From Chitinophagaceae bacterium (GTDB taxonomy: Bacteria; Bacteroidota; Bacteroidia; Chitinophagales; UBA10324): 64,000 bases of DNA. The notes below the pieces were generated by a model. That model was not told the DNA's origin and made no database searches. It was given only the letters and a program-made list of their open reading frames with translations. Position 1 is the stretch's first letter; every line of letters starts with the position of its first letter. Location of the stretch: contig CANJII010000002.1 in the NCBI GenBank assembly GCA_947474435.1, positions 34,202 to 98,201 of the forward strand, in the 5' to 3' direction. The position numbers and the translations under genes are program-made. Positions 9,008-18,801 of the stretch are shown here, piece after piece.

Positions 9008-11056
9008 TTATTCAATCACCAGCTTTTTGAAATATCTGCGACCACCAATTTCAATAGCAAGCAGGTAAACTCCCTTGCTCGCTTCTTTTAAATTCAAGGT
9101 GGTGAAATATTTTCCTGAAATATTATGCAGGTTCTCATTGTAAATTTTTCTTCCCGAAACATCAAAAACTGAAATTAAAAAATCACTTGACGAAGGAACA
9201 ACCATGCTTAAATCAAAAACTCCGTTTGATGGAATTGGTTTTACAATAAAATTATTGGTGAGGTCAACTTCAGGAGCTATGCCATCACAAATTTTTGCAG
9301 TGGCAGTTACCGGAATTTTTAAACTGCTGCAGGTGTGACCTCCAATTTCAATTTTCCAATCATAAAAGAAATAATAAAAAGCAGTTCCCGCAGTTGTTCC
9401 TGTAATAGAAAATGTGTCGGTCACTGTATATGGAAATGAAACGGCCGCATTGTTTCTGTACAAATCAGAGTTGCCATTTATTCCTAAAGAATAACTGTTT
9501 CCGGCCGGAACAAAATAATTAAGATTAACGATTTGCTCTCCAACAGTCATATTATACGCCTGACCATGAATTACAGTACCACCTGCATCTTTCATTTCAA
9601 TGGTTCGCTGTCCGGCAGTGTGTGCATATACTTTCACTGATTTTAAAGTCAGTGACATAAGCGCATCGAAAATTAAAGATTGATTGCCGGTGAAATAACT
9701 TCCACCACCACTGCTGTCAGTTTTCCCCACAAATTTTATATCGCCTGAAATGTTTGAAATATCCTGAACATAATAAGTTTCAGAAGCAGAAAGTGGTGGC
9801 GTGGTAAATGTATTTCCCAAACCAACTACACTATTATTTAAATCGAACCACGATAAATTATTTCCGGTAGATGTAAGCGTGGCGCTGGTTCCAACGCAAG
9901 CTGTATCATCTGTTGCAACCGGATCATTGGGAGTAGGAAGTGATGTAACAATAAAAGGTGTTGAAGATGCAGTGCCGCAATGATTGGTAACTGTACATGA
10001 ATAAGAACCCGGACCCGCTTTTATTATTTGCGATGTTTGACCTGTTGACCATATGAAATTAAATCCGGCACTTGCAGTAAGTGTAACTGAATCATTGCCA
10101 CAAATAGTTGGATCACTGTCAGACACAATTGTTGCTACCGCATTTCCTGGAGCATCCTGCAAGGTTAAAGTTATTGGTACTGCGCAATAATTATTCAAAT
10201 CATTTTCTTCTAAAAAATAATTGTTCGGATCAATTTCATAAACAATCCAGTAATCGCCATTGCAGGTTCCGGGCGGAATGTTAATCCACATGCCATTCAG
10301 GTTCTCACTATATATATCAGTATAACCGGAAGCAATTCCCTGTTCAATAGTTGAACATCCATAACCATTTCCTAAACCCCAGTTTGGAAAATCTGCATTC
10401 ACTAAAATATTTCCCTGATTATAAACTGATTGATCATCGCGGCAATGACCATTGTATGTTGAGCATGATCCATAATCCATCAAACAAAATGCGGTCTTGG
10501 TTCCACTGCCAACAATTGGCCAGTCGCGCGGATCTGTAATACCGGCTACTTCATATCGCAACGACATTTTTCCCCATTCATCAATGTACATTGTTCCGGC
10601 GTTGTATGTAAATGGACCAATTAATCTTTCCCAAAAAGACATGATGCCAGTATTCTTGTGGTAGATGCGTTGGTATAAAAATTTCTTCGCGGTTTCGCCA
10701 TTCGGGCAAGTGAATGGATCTGATGCAAGTGCAGTGAAAGTATCAGTGCCGCATAAATATTTCGCCATGCTGTTTGCATCCTGACCTTCAACAACAAGTG
10801 GTCCGAGACCAATGTTTGGAGTTGAACCTGTTACCCGAATTTTTCCGTCATTGGCACCATTCCCGGCTTGTGAATATTCTGTGGGGCCTCCACTGTATGT
10901 AGAAAGCGCATACCATGAAATCGTTATATCAGGCAGCAAGTCACAAATCTGAGTTCCGTCGTTGCACAGGCAATCGGTTGCATTATTTAAAGTGCATTGA
11001 GAAAAGGAAGTGAACGAATTCACTATTAGTAATCCAAGGAAGAAAAGTTTTTTCAT
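9008..11056 (-). CDS. T9SS-sorted secreted protein with lysyl-oxidase-like domain
   Basis: 682 aa with a signal peptide. LLPDITISWYALSTY, KIRVTGSTPNIG, KTAFCLMDYGSC and GYTDIY...MWINIPPGtcnGDYWIVYEIDPNNyfLEENdlNNY align by eye with the LOX catalytic domain (PDLV..ASTY, LRFPQRVKNQG, KASFCLEDTSC, CYDTY..[33 protein letters not shown]). The C-terminus is a type A Por secretion tail. Confidence 0.5.
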   Translation of the reverse strand: MKKLFFLGLLIVNSFTSFSQCTLNNATDCLCNDGTQICDLLPDITISWYALSTYSGGPTEYSQAGNGANDGKIRVTGSTPNIGLGPLVVEGQDANSMAKYLCGTDTFTALASDPFTCPNGETAKKFLYQRIYHKNTGIMSFWERLIGPFTYNAGTMYIDEWGKMSLRYEVAGITDPRDWPIVGSGTKTAFCLMDYGSCSTYNGHCRDDQSVYNQGNILVNADFPNWGLGNGYGCSTIEQGIASGYTDIYSENLNGMWINIPPGTCNGDYWIVYEIDPNNYFLEENDLNNYCAVPITLTLQDAPGNAVATIVSDSDPTICGNDSVTLTASAGFNFIWSTGQTSQIIKAGPGSYSCTVTNHCGTASSTPFIVTSLPTPNDPVATDDTACVGTSATLTSTGNNLSWFDLNNSVVGLGNTFTTPPLSASETYYVQDISNISGDIKFVGKTDSSGGGSYFTGNQSLIFDALMSLTLKSVKVYAHTAGQRTIEMKDAGGTVIHGQAYNMTVGEQIVNLNYFVPAGNSYSLGINGNSDLYRNNAAVSFPYTVTDTFSITGTTAGTAFYYFFYDWKIEIGGHTCSSLKIPVTATAKICDGIAPEVDLTNNFIVKPIPSNGVFDLSMVVPSSSDFLISVFDVSGRKIYNENLHNISGKYFTTLNLKEASKGVYLLAIEIGGRRYFKKLVIE

Positions 11057-11230
11057 TTGGAAAATTTATTTGCTCCGAAGATTGGGCAATAAAATAGTTT
11101 GAGATATGACACAAATCATATTCAGATTTATTAAATCGTAAACTTTGAAACTTCAAGACAAATTATTTTATAAAATAATTGAGAGCCTGTTTTTAATGTT
11201 CAACTATACTTGACCAAATAAAAATATTTT

Positions 11231-11740
11231 TTATTCACTCAGCAATTCCATTTTCTTTTTACAACGGGCAATTGATTTTGAATAAGTATCAACATTCGCA
11301 TCACTCAGCGAAAAGCGAACGGCATTTTTAAATTGTTCAATTGCATTGATGTAATCTCCTTTCAATTCAAACATTATCGCATACTCATTGTACAAAGCGG
11401 CTTTATCAGTGCCGGCAACTTCCAATCCTTTTTTAATAAAACTTTCCAACTCATCATACTTGCCAAGTGTAGACAGCAGGATAGATAGATTGGTATAAAT
11501 AGCAGGATATTCCGGTGCGTATGCATAACATTTTTTATAAAACTCTTCGGCTTTATTATAGTCCTTGAATTTAGTTTCATAAATCCATCCCAGGTGATTA
11601 TATGCTTTACCATAAGTGGGGTCTTCCAGCAAAATGGCTTCGAGCGTGGTGAGTGCTTCACTTATTTTTCCCTGAGCAATTTGCCCGTCAGCCTCAAAAA
11701 AAAGCTCGTCGTTTTGTAAACTGTTAATCGGGTCGCTCAT
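11231..11740 (-). CDS. TPR repeat protein
   Basis: 169 aa with about four TPR-like units (A..Y..lG..Y). Confidence 0.7.
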   Translation of the reverse strand: MSDPINSLQNDELFFEADGQIAQGKISEALTTLEAILLEDPTYGKAYNHLGWIYETKFKDYNKAEEFYKKCYAYAPEYPAIYTNLSILLSTLGKYDELESFIKKGLEVAGTDKAALYNEYAIMFELKGDYINAIEQFKNAVRFSLSDANVDTYSKSIARCKKKMELLSE

Positions 11741-11839
11741 ACATTTAAAGTTATTGTGATTGCAAATTAAATCAACTGTTTTTCCTTTTGTAATTTCTTT
11801 TGAAATTATTTTCTATTTTTCTGATACCAAATAATAATC

Positions 11840-12499
11840 ATGAAAACAATTCTCATAACAGGAGCCGCTGGAAATTTAGGAACAGCAGTAGTAAAAAAAT
11901 TTTTGACAGAAGGATACTTTGTAATTGCAACTGCTCAACACAAGAGTGAAATCCCTGCAACAGAAAAATTAGAAGTAGTTGAGTTAAATGTGTTTGATGA
12001 AAAAGCTTGTCGTGATTTTGTGGATGAACTGATAAAAAAATATTCGCACATTGATGCATCCGCTTTATTGGTTGGCGGATTTGCCATGGGGAAACTGGAA
12101 GATACAAGTGAAGAAAGTTTACAGAAAATGATTCAATTTAATTTTCTATCGGCGTTTCATTTATCTGCCCCGCTCTTTGCTCACATGAAAGAAAATAAAT
12201 CAGGAAAAATTATTCTGATGGGAGCAATGGGTGCATTGAATCCTATTGCAGGAAAAAACATGATAGCATACAGTTTATCAAAATCATTGTTGTTTCAGTT
12301 TAATGGTTTGCTAAATGCCGCTGGAAAAGAGCTGAATGTAAATTCACTGGTGATTGCCCCATCAACTATTGATACCCCTCAAAACAGAACCGCTATGCCC
12401 AATGCTGATTTCAGTACTTGGAATAAACCAACAGACATTGCTGCAATGATGTTTGAGTTTTGTGAAGGGAAGAGAATTGATGAAGTGATTAAACTATAA
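11840..12499 (+). CDS. SDR family NAD(P)-dependent oxidoreductase
   Basis: 219 aa with the TGAAGNLG dinucleotide-binding motif and YSLSK (YxxxK) catalytic motif. Confidence 0.8.
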   Translation: MKTILITGAAGNLGTAVVKKFLTEGYFVIATAQHKSEIPATEKLEVVELNVFDEKACRDFVDELIKKYSHIDASALLVGGFAMGKLEDTSEESLQKMIQFNFLSAFHLSAPLFAHMKENKSGKIILMGAMGALNPIAGKNMIAYSLSKSLLFQFNGLLNAAGKELNVNSLVIAPSTIDTPQNRTAMPNADFSTWNKPTDIAAMMFEFCEGKRIDEVIKL

Positions 12500-12587
12500 C
12501 GGCAATTGTTTTCAGCTTTCAATTACTTGCTACTTGATACTGTATGAATTAAGTTTGCGCCTCCTTAAAAAAATTAAACCTACAATC

Positions 12588-13910
12588 ATGATGACCAAAA
12601 GTGTAATTGACATTAAGTTGCCTTACAAAGTAGCTGATATTTCATTGGCTGAATGGGGCCGTAAAGAAATCGGATTAGCTGAAGCCGAAATGCCCGGGTT
12701 GATGGCTATTCGTGCGGAGCATAAAGGAAAAAAACCATTGAAAGGTGCTCGCGTTGCGGGTTGCCTTCATATGACCATACAAACAGCAGTGCTTATTGAA
12801 ACATTGGTTGATCTTGGTGCAGAAGTTCGTTGGTCGAGTTGCAATATTTTTTCAACGCAAGATCATGCTGCTGCTGCTGTGGCTGCTGCGGGTGTTCCGG
12901 TGTTTGCCTGGAAAGGTCAGAACGAAGCAGATTTTAACTGGTGCATTGAGCAAACTCTTTTCTTCGGAAGTTATGACAAGCCGTTGAACATGATTCTGGA
13001 TGATGGTGGAGATTTAACCAACATGGTGTTTGATGTTTATACTGAATTAATCAGTGGCATTAAGGGATTGAGTGAAGAAACCACAACAGGTGTTCACCGC
13101 CTTTATGATAGAATGAAAAACGGAACTCTTCACATGCCTGCTATCAATGTGAATGACAGTGTGACTAAATCAAAATTCGATAACAAGTATGGTTGCCGCG
13201 AAAGTCTGGTTGATGCCATTCGTCGTGCGACTGATGTAATGATTGCCGGTAAAGTGGCAGTGGTTGCAGGTTACGGTGATGTAGGAAAAGGCTCTGCCGA
13301 ATCATTAAGCGGAGCAGGTGCGCGTGTAATTGTTACTGAGATTGATCCTATCTGTGCACTCCAGGCCGCAATGGATGGATACGAAGTTAAGAAGATGACT
13401 GACGCGGTGAAAGAAGCTGACATTGTTGTTACTGCAACCGGTTGCATGGGGGTTATAAACGAAACTCACTTCCGTAGTATGAAGGATAAAGCAATTGTTT
13501 GCAACATCGGTCACTTCGATATTGAAATTGATATGGCCTGGTTGAATGATAATTACGGAACTACAAAGAACACCATTAAGCCACAGGTTGACATGTACAC
13601 CATCAATGGAAAAGATGTGATTGTGTTAGCTGAAGGACGATTGGTAAATCTTGGTTGCGCCATGGGGCATCCATCATTTGTAATGAGTAATTCATTTTCA
13701 AACCAGACTCTTGCTCAATTAGAATTGTGGCAGAACTCAGCCAACTATGAAAATAAAGTTTACATGCTTCCAAAATCGTTGGACGAAAAAGTTGCTAAAC
13801 TTCATCTTGCTAAAATCGGTGTTGAGTTGGATGAACTTTCAAACAATCAGTCAGAGTATTTAGGAATTCCGAAAGAAGGTCCTTACAAGCCTGATTACTA
13901 TAGATACTAG
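12588..13910 (+). CDS. ahcY: Adenosylhomocysteinase
   Basis: The ORF 12534..13910 is highly recognisable as SAH hydrolase ([46 protein letters not shown]). I moved the start to ATG 12588 (MMTKS..) because the upstream 18 codons begin at TTG and look non-native. Confidence 0.95.
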   Translation: MMTKSVIDIKLPYKVADISLAEWGRKEIGLAEAEMPGLMAIRAEHKGKKPLKGARVAGCLHMTIQTAVLIETLVDLGAEVRWSSCNIFSTQDHAAAAVAAAGVPVFAWKGQNEADFNWCIEQTLFFGSYDKPLNMILDDGGDLTNMVFDVYTELISGIKGLSEETTTGVHRLYDRMKNGTLHMPAINVNDSVTKSKFDNKYGCRESLVDAIRRATDVMIAGKVAVVAGYGDVGKGSAESLSGAGARVIVTEIDPICALQAAMDGYEVKKMTDAVKEADIVVTATGCMGVINETHFRSMKDKAIVCNIGHFDIEIDMAWLNDNYGTTKNTIKPQVDMYTINGKDVIVLAEGRLVNLGCAMGHPSFVMSNSFSNQTLAQLELWQNSANYENKVYMLPKSLDEKVAKLHLAKIGVELDELSNNQSEYLGIPKEGPYKPDYYRY

Positions 13911-13914
13911 GTTT

Positions 13915-13940
13915 TTAGCTGTTAGCATTTAGCTATTAGC
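13915..13940 (+). repeat. (TTAGCNN)x4 heptamer tandem repeat just after the ahcY stop
   Basis: TTAGC-TG-TTAGC-AT-TTAGC-TA-TTAGC read directly from the sequence. It gives four UAG triplets with exact 4-nt spacers. Confidence 0.6.
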
Positions 13941-13960
13941 GATAAATATTTAAAAATTTC

Positions 13961-13991
13961 AAAACCGCTTTCGAATGAGAGCGGTTTTTTT
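13961..13991. terminator. Bidirectional rho-independent terminator between convergent genes
   Basis: AAAACCGCT / AGCGGTTTT stem with an A-run on one side and T7 on the other. It sits between ahcY (+) and the 13990..14412 gene (-). Confidence 0.65.
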
Positions 13992-14412
13992 ATTTCTCTT
14001 TTGTCATCAGTAGCAGGCTACCGCTTTTCTTTTGTTTGAGTATATAATTTTCGCTGTCCACCATTAATGCAGTAAACTCATATTCGTTTCCTTCAAACTT
14101 GAATTCAATTGATTGTTCGTCGCTTTCGATTTTGCACTTCACATCAACACTTTCCTTTTCGTTCTCTTTTGTTATTGTTAAAGTGTTCTTATTAAAATCA
14201 AAAGACAATCCGTTAATGGTCATTGAAGATTTTGACGAATCAATTTTTGTTGGACAAATACTGCAAAAGTTAATACTCGCTTTATCACTTCGTTCTAACG
14301 CACATCTCACCATCCATTTACCTGTCAAATTCAATTGTGCATTGCAAGTATTTTCCTGAAATAAAACAATTACAATAATTGAAAAGATTGATTTTAAAAA
14401 AGTGTTTTTCAT
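13990..14412 (-). CDS. Hypothetical secreted protein
   Basis: 140 aa with a signal peptide. No domain recognised. Confidence 0.55.
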   Translation of the reverse strand: MKNTFLKSIFSIIVIVLFQENTCNAQLNLTGKWMVRCALERSDKASINFCSICPTKIDSSKSSMTINGLSFDFNKNTLTITKENEKESVDVKCKIESDEQSIEFKFEGNEYEFTALMVDSENYILKQKKSGSLLLMTKEK

Positions 14413-14440
14413 TCTGTTTTTTTTAAAAGATTTTTCTCTC

Positions 14441-15730
14441 CTACATTAATTTTGAAAGTGCAGTATCTAATTTGTTTATCACTTCAGCAATTTCTTCGCG
14501 AGTACAAGTGCCAACTGAAAGACGATACCAGATAGAATTGTTTGATGCACCAAAAGCAGAAAATGGAACAAGTGCCACTTTCGCTTCATCAATTAAATAG
14601 TAAAGTATATCGTTTGAGTCTTGGAGTGTTTTTCCTTCAGAAGTTTTTTTACCAATCAAATTAAATTGCACTGTGAGATAGATTGCTGCTTGTGGTGCAA
14701 TGGCATCTACCGCATATCCTTTATTTTTCAGTTGTTGAATTCCATTGTAAAAATGTTCGAGACGAAAATCAACTTCGTTTTTAAAGTGAAATAAAAATTC
14801 ATCGATGCGCGCTTCCTGTGTTAAGTATCTTGCTGATGCAATTTGTTCTGCCTTGGGTGCCCATGCGCCGACATGTGAGAGAATGGCTTTCATTTTATCA
14901 ATGATGCTTTGCGGACCAAAAGTCCATCCGACGCGGATACCGGTTGCGGCGAATGCTTTTGAAAGTCCATCAACGAAGATGGTGTAGTTGCGCATTTCAG
15001 GTCGGAGCGAAACAGGATTCACATGCACTGTATCTCTGAAAGTTAAAGCCCAATAAATCTGATCATACAATAAGTACAATGGTTTTTCATCAGCATTTCT
15101 TTTGTTGTTTTCTTCCAGAATCATATCACAAATTTCAGCAAGCGTATCAGCAGTGAAAGTTGTTCCGGTTGGGTTGAGTGGTGAACACAACGCAATTAAT
15201 GTCGCATCACAAATGTGTGGACGAATATCATCGGCAGTGGGCATGAAATTATTTTCCACTGTGGTTTCAACCATCACTCCTCTTGCTCTTGACAGATGTA
15301 TGTAGTGATTGTTGTTCCAACTTGGTACCGGATAAATTACTTTATCGCCTTCATCTAAAAGAGTAATGTATGCTGCATAAATAGCAGGTCGCGCACCACT
15401 GGTAATTAATATTTCGTCGCTGCTGTAATCAAGTTTTAAAAAACGATTGAGAAATGCTGCAACTGCTTTTCTTAATTCTATAATTCCATTTGCTGTTGGA
15501 TAATTGGTGTGACCTTCGCGCATGGCGCGGATAATTTCATCAGTTAATTCCTGTGGGATTGGAAAAACTTTCGGGTCAAAATCACCGATGGTGTAGTTAT
15601 TTATCTTCTCTCCTTTTTTTATGCGCTCGTTTATTTCTCCGCCGAGTTTTATTATTTCAGAACCAATGAGGTTCTCGGCCATTGTGGAAACTATCAGGTT
15701 TCTTTTTTCTGTGGTGAGTGTTGTTGTCAT
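14441..15730 (-). CDS. Class I/II PLP-dependent aminotransferase
   Basis: 429 aa with the SKAFAATGIRVGW PLP-lysine motif and overall aspartate-aminotransferase-fold blocks (SPLNPTG). Confidence 0.85.
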   Translation of the reverse strand: MTTTLTTEKRNLIVSTMAENLIGSEIIKLGGEINERIKKGEKINNYTIGDFDPKVFPIPQELTDEIIRAMREGHTNYPTANGIIELRKAVAAFLNRFLKLDYSSDEILITSGARPAIYAAYITLLDEGDKVIYPVPSWNNNHYIHLSRARGVMVETTVENNFMPTADDIRPHICDATLIALCSPLNPTGTTFTADTLAEICDMILEENNKRNADEKPLYLLYDQIYWALTFRDTVHVNPVSLRPEMRNYTIFVDGLSKAFAATGIRVGWTFGPQSIIDKMKAILSHVGAWAPKAEQIASARYLTQEARIDEFLFHFKNEVDFRLEHFYNGIQQLKNKGYAVDAIAPQAAIYLTVQFNLIGKKTSEGKTLQDSNDILYYLIDEAKVALVPFSAFGASNNSIWYRLSVGTCTREEIAEVINKLDTALSKLM

Positions 15731-15789
15731 CTTACAATCATGTTATCCCTTCGGGATTATTTTTTCATTTTCAAATTCAAAAAAATTAT

Positions 15790-18426
15790 TTAAACCAGTT
15801 TTCCATTTGACTCCACTAAATCATCTGCTTCTTTTAAGCGCATGATTTGATCTAATGCATCGGGCACTACATCGCTGCAAATAATAACGAACGAACCTTT
15901 CACAGCATTGCTGATTGCGTAATCAATGGCTTCGCTTTCTTTGCGGAATACTTCGGCTACTTTGCTTACATCTACCTGCGCAATTCCCTGTTTCATGAGA
16001 TCTATAATTTCGTCTTCGGAACGGCCGCGGAGATTTTTATCCTGTCGAATAATTATTTGGTCGAACATTTTTGCGGCGGTGGTTCCGAGTGCGATGATGT
16101 CTTCATCTCTTCTGTCGCCAACTCCGGCAATGATTCCGACTTTGGGATGTGCATCTACTTTCTCTAAAAATTTTCCGATGGCTTCGAAGCCTGCAGTGTT
16201 GTGCGCATAATCGACCATGACAGAAAAATTGCGGAACTGAAACATGTTCATGCGACCGGGAGTTTGTCCGGGTGATGGAATAAAAGTTTCGAGCGCCTGC
16301 TTGATGTCTTCGATTTTGAAACCGCGAATGAAACCGGCGAGTACTGATGGCAAAACATTTAACACATTGAACACCGCACGACCACCAAAGGTGAGCGGGA
16401 TGTTGCTGATTTTGTCCACTCGGATTTTCCATGTGCCCTTGCAAATTGTTACATAACCGTTTTCGGCAATGGCTGCGAGGCCGCCCGCGGCACAGTGTGC
16501 TTTGATGCGAGGATTATTTTCGTCCATGCTGAAGAACGCGACTTTGCAATTTAAACTCTCGCGCATTTTATAAACCAAATCATCGTCGGCATTGAGTATT
16601 GCATAACCACCTGGCAAAACTGTTTCGGGCACCACACCTTTCACTCTTGCTAATTGTTCCAATGTATCAATGCCCTGCAAGCCGAGGTGATCGGCGGCAA
16701 CATTTGTTACGATGGCAATATCGCAATTGTGAAATCCTAAACCGGCGCGAAGTATTCCGCCACGCGCACATTCCAACACGGCGAAATCAACGGAAGGATC
16801 TTTCAACACAAACTCTGATGATACAGGGCCGGTGCAATCGCCGCGCATGAGCATTTGATTCTGAATATAAATTCCATCGGTAGTGGTGAAACCAACTTTG
16901 TAGCCCATTGATTTTACAATGTGCGCAGTTAATCGTGTGGTTGTTGTTTTTCCATTGGTGCCTGTAACCGCAATGATTGGAATGCGCGCTGATGTGCCGG
17001 GCGGAAACAACATATCAATTACAGGTTCGGCTACATTGCGTGGTAAACCTTCGGCAGGCGAAATGTGCATTCGGAAACCGGGAGCTGCATTTACTTCGAG
17101 CACCGCACCACCGTTTTCGGTAACGGGAACACTTAAACTTGATGCCATGATATCGATACCGCAAATATCGAGACCGATGATGCGCGCAATTCGTTCGCAC
17201 ATAAAAATATTATCGGGATGAACGAGATCAGTTATATCAGTTGATGTTCCGCCGGTGCTGAGATTTGCCGTGGGCTTTAACCACAACTCTTTATCTTTTG
17301 CAAGAACAGAATCGAGCGTGAGATTTTTATCGGTGAGAATTTTCAGTGTATGATCATCTACTTTAATAGATGTCAAAACTTTTTCGTGACCGTAACCTCT
17401 GCGTGGATCTGTATTTACTTTATCAATCAATTGCTGAATCGTAGATTTTCCATCGCCCATAACAGCGGCAGGTTTCCGGATTGCTGCTGCTACGAATTTG
17501 TAATTGATAACTAACACGCGATGATCTAACCCAGTGATGAAGCGCTCGACAATGATGCCGCGACCGTATTTTTTTGCTGCGTGAAATCCAACAAGCAACT
17601 CATCCCAGTTTTTTAAATCAGTTGATGCACCCTTGCCATGATTTCCGTTCACCGGTTTTGTGACTAACGGATAACCATATTTTTTCGCAGCCAATTCTAA
17701 ATCTTCTTCATCGTAACAAATAATTCCGCGCGGAACGGGAATCTCGGCTGCTTCCAATAAATTTTTTGTTTCTTCTTTATCGCATGCAATTTCTACTGCT
17801 ATGCTGCTGGTGGTGCTTGCTACTGTTGCCTGAATTCTTTTTTGATTCATGGCATAACCCAACTGCACCAATGAATGACGATTCAAGCGGATGAACGGAA
17901 TGCCTCTTGCGATTGCTTCTTCCACTATGGAACCGGTGGATGGCCCGAGCCGTTCGTCTTCGCGAATTTCGCGAAGGGTTTGTATATCGTTTGCTAAATC
18001 GTATTCGGTTCCGGCTATTAATGCTGCGGCAATACTTACTGCTGCATTGGCTGTGTAGATGCCCGCCTTTTTTTCCATATAAGCAAACACTACATTGTAA
18101 ACTCCCTTGGTGCTGGTTTCGCGGGTGCGACCGAAACCTACATCCATACCCGCAAGTGTTTGCAGTTCGAGTGCGATGTGTTCAACCACATGTCCCATCC
18201 AGGTGCCTTCTTCCACGCGGTGAAAAAATCCACCCGCATAATTTTCGCTGCAGCGATGTTCCTGCAACGAGGGCATTAATTTTTTTAAGCGATCAATAAA
18301 CCCCGGGATTTTATTGGTTGGTTTTTCTTCCAACCCTTCGAGGTCTAAGCGCATGACTATGAGTTTGTGCCGGCGAATGCTCCAGTAGTTTGGACCATTC
18401 ATTACTTTGATGTCAATGATTTTCAT
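15790..18426 (-). CDS. cphA: Cyanophycin synthetase
   Basis: 878 aa with the characteristic N-terminus MKIIDIKVMNGPNYWS. It has an ATP-grasp segment followed by a Mur-ligase-like segment (VTGTNGKTTT). Confidence 0.9.
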   Translation of the reverse strand: MKIIDIKVMNGPNYWSIRRHKLIVMRLDLEGLEEKPTNKIPGFIDRLKKLMPSLQEHRCSENYAGGFFHRVEEGTWMGHVVEHIALELQTLAGMDVGFGRTRETSTKGVYNVVFAYMEKKAGIYTANAAVSIAAALIAGTEYDLANDIQTLREIREDERLGPSTGSIVEEAIARGIPFIRLNRHSLVQLGYAMNQKRIQATVASTTSSIAVEIACDKEETKNLLEAAEIPVPRGIICYDEEDLELAAKKYGYPLVTKPVNGNHGKGASTDLKNWDELLVGFHAAKKYGRGIIVERFITGLDHRVLVINYKFVAAAIRKPAAVMGDGKSTIQQLIDKVNTDPRRGYGHEKVLTSIKVDDHTLKILTDKNLTLDSVLAKDKELWLKPTANLSTGGTSTDITDLVHPDNIFMCERIARIIGLDICGIDIMASSLSVPVTENGGAVLEVNAAPGFRMHISPAEGLPRNVAEPVIDMLFPPGTSARIPIIAVTGTNGKTTTTRLTAHIVKSMGYKVGFTTTDGIYIQNQMLMRGDCTGPVSSEFVLKDPSVDFAVLECARGGILRAGLGFHNCDIAIVTNVAADHLGLQGIDTLEQLARVKGVVPETVLPGGYAILNADDDLVYKMRESLNCKVAFFSMDENNPRIKAHCAAGGLAAIAENGYVTICKGTWKIRVDKISNIPLTFGGRAVFNVLNVLPSVLAGFIRGFKIEDIKQALETFIPSPGQTPGRMNMFQFRNFSVMVDYAHNTAGFEAIGKFLEKVDAHPKVGIIAGVGDRRDEDIIALGTTAAKMFDQIIIRQDKNLRGRSEDEIIDLMKQGIAQVDVSKVAEVFRKESEAIDYAISNAVKGSFVIICSDVVPDALDQIMRLKEADDLVESNGKLV

Positions 18427-18801
18427 AGTGAGTGCAGGTTATTCGTTTAATGTATTCTGTTACTTGTAATACAGTTTACCATTTGTGTCGATGACCGTAT
18501 TGATGATGTAACAGTTTGCAAATTAACGGATGAAAAAATGTTTGTGTTAAAAATGGAATAAAAATCCGGATTGTGATGGATTGGAAGGGAAATATTTTTT
18601 TATCAAGGAATAAAGGTTGGAAATAATTTTACTTTTTTAAATACAATATATCGTTCTGAAAATAGATTTTATAATAAATATTTTTTGAGTTATTAAATTT
18701 TTAAGGTCTAAAATAAAGGAATAAGCTAATTTCATGAACCTATCAGCTTTTAGCTTGCTTCAATAATCATTGGTACTTTTCGTTTTAAAATCAAAACCTA
18801 T

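Noticed and set aside
15731-15789. The hairpin ATCCC-GAA-GGGAT between cphA and the aminotransferase, considered as a terminator.
   Set aside because: On the coding (minus) strand the T-run precedes rather than follows the stem, so it does not look like a terminator for cphA. The genes may be co-transcribed.
15926-18299. Seven ORFs of 60 to 130 aa in alternative frames or antisense within cphA.
   Set aside because: All are nested inside a strongly supported 878-aa gene. The locally higher GC content lowers stop-codon frequency in the off frames.
15790-18426. Calling cphA horizontally acquired because of its higher GC content.
   Set aside because: Other highly conserved enzymes here, such as ahcY, are also GC-richer than the adhesin and hypothetical genes. 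No flanking repeats or mobility genes are present. Composition alone, sampled by eye, is insufficient.
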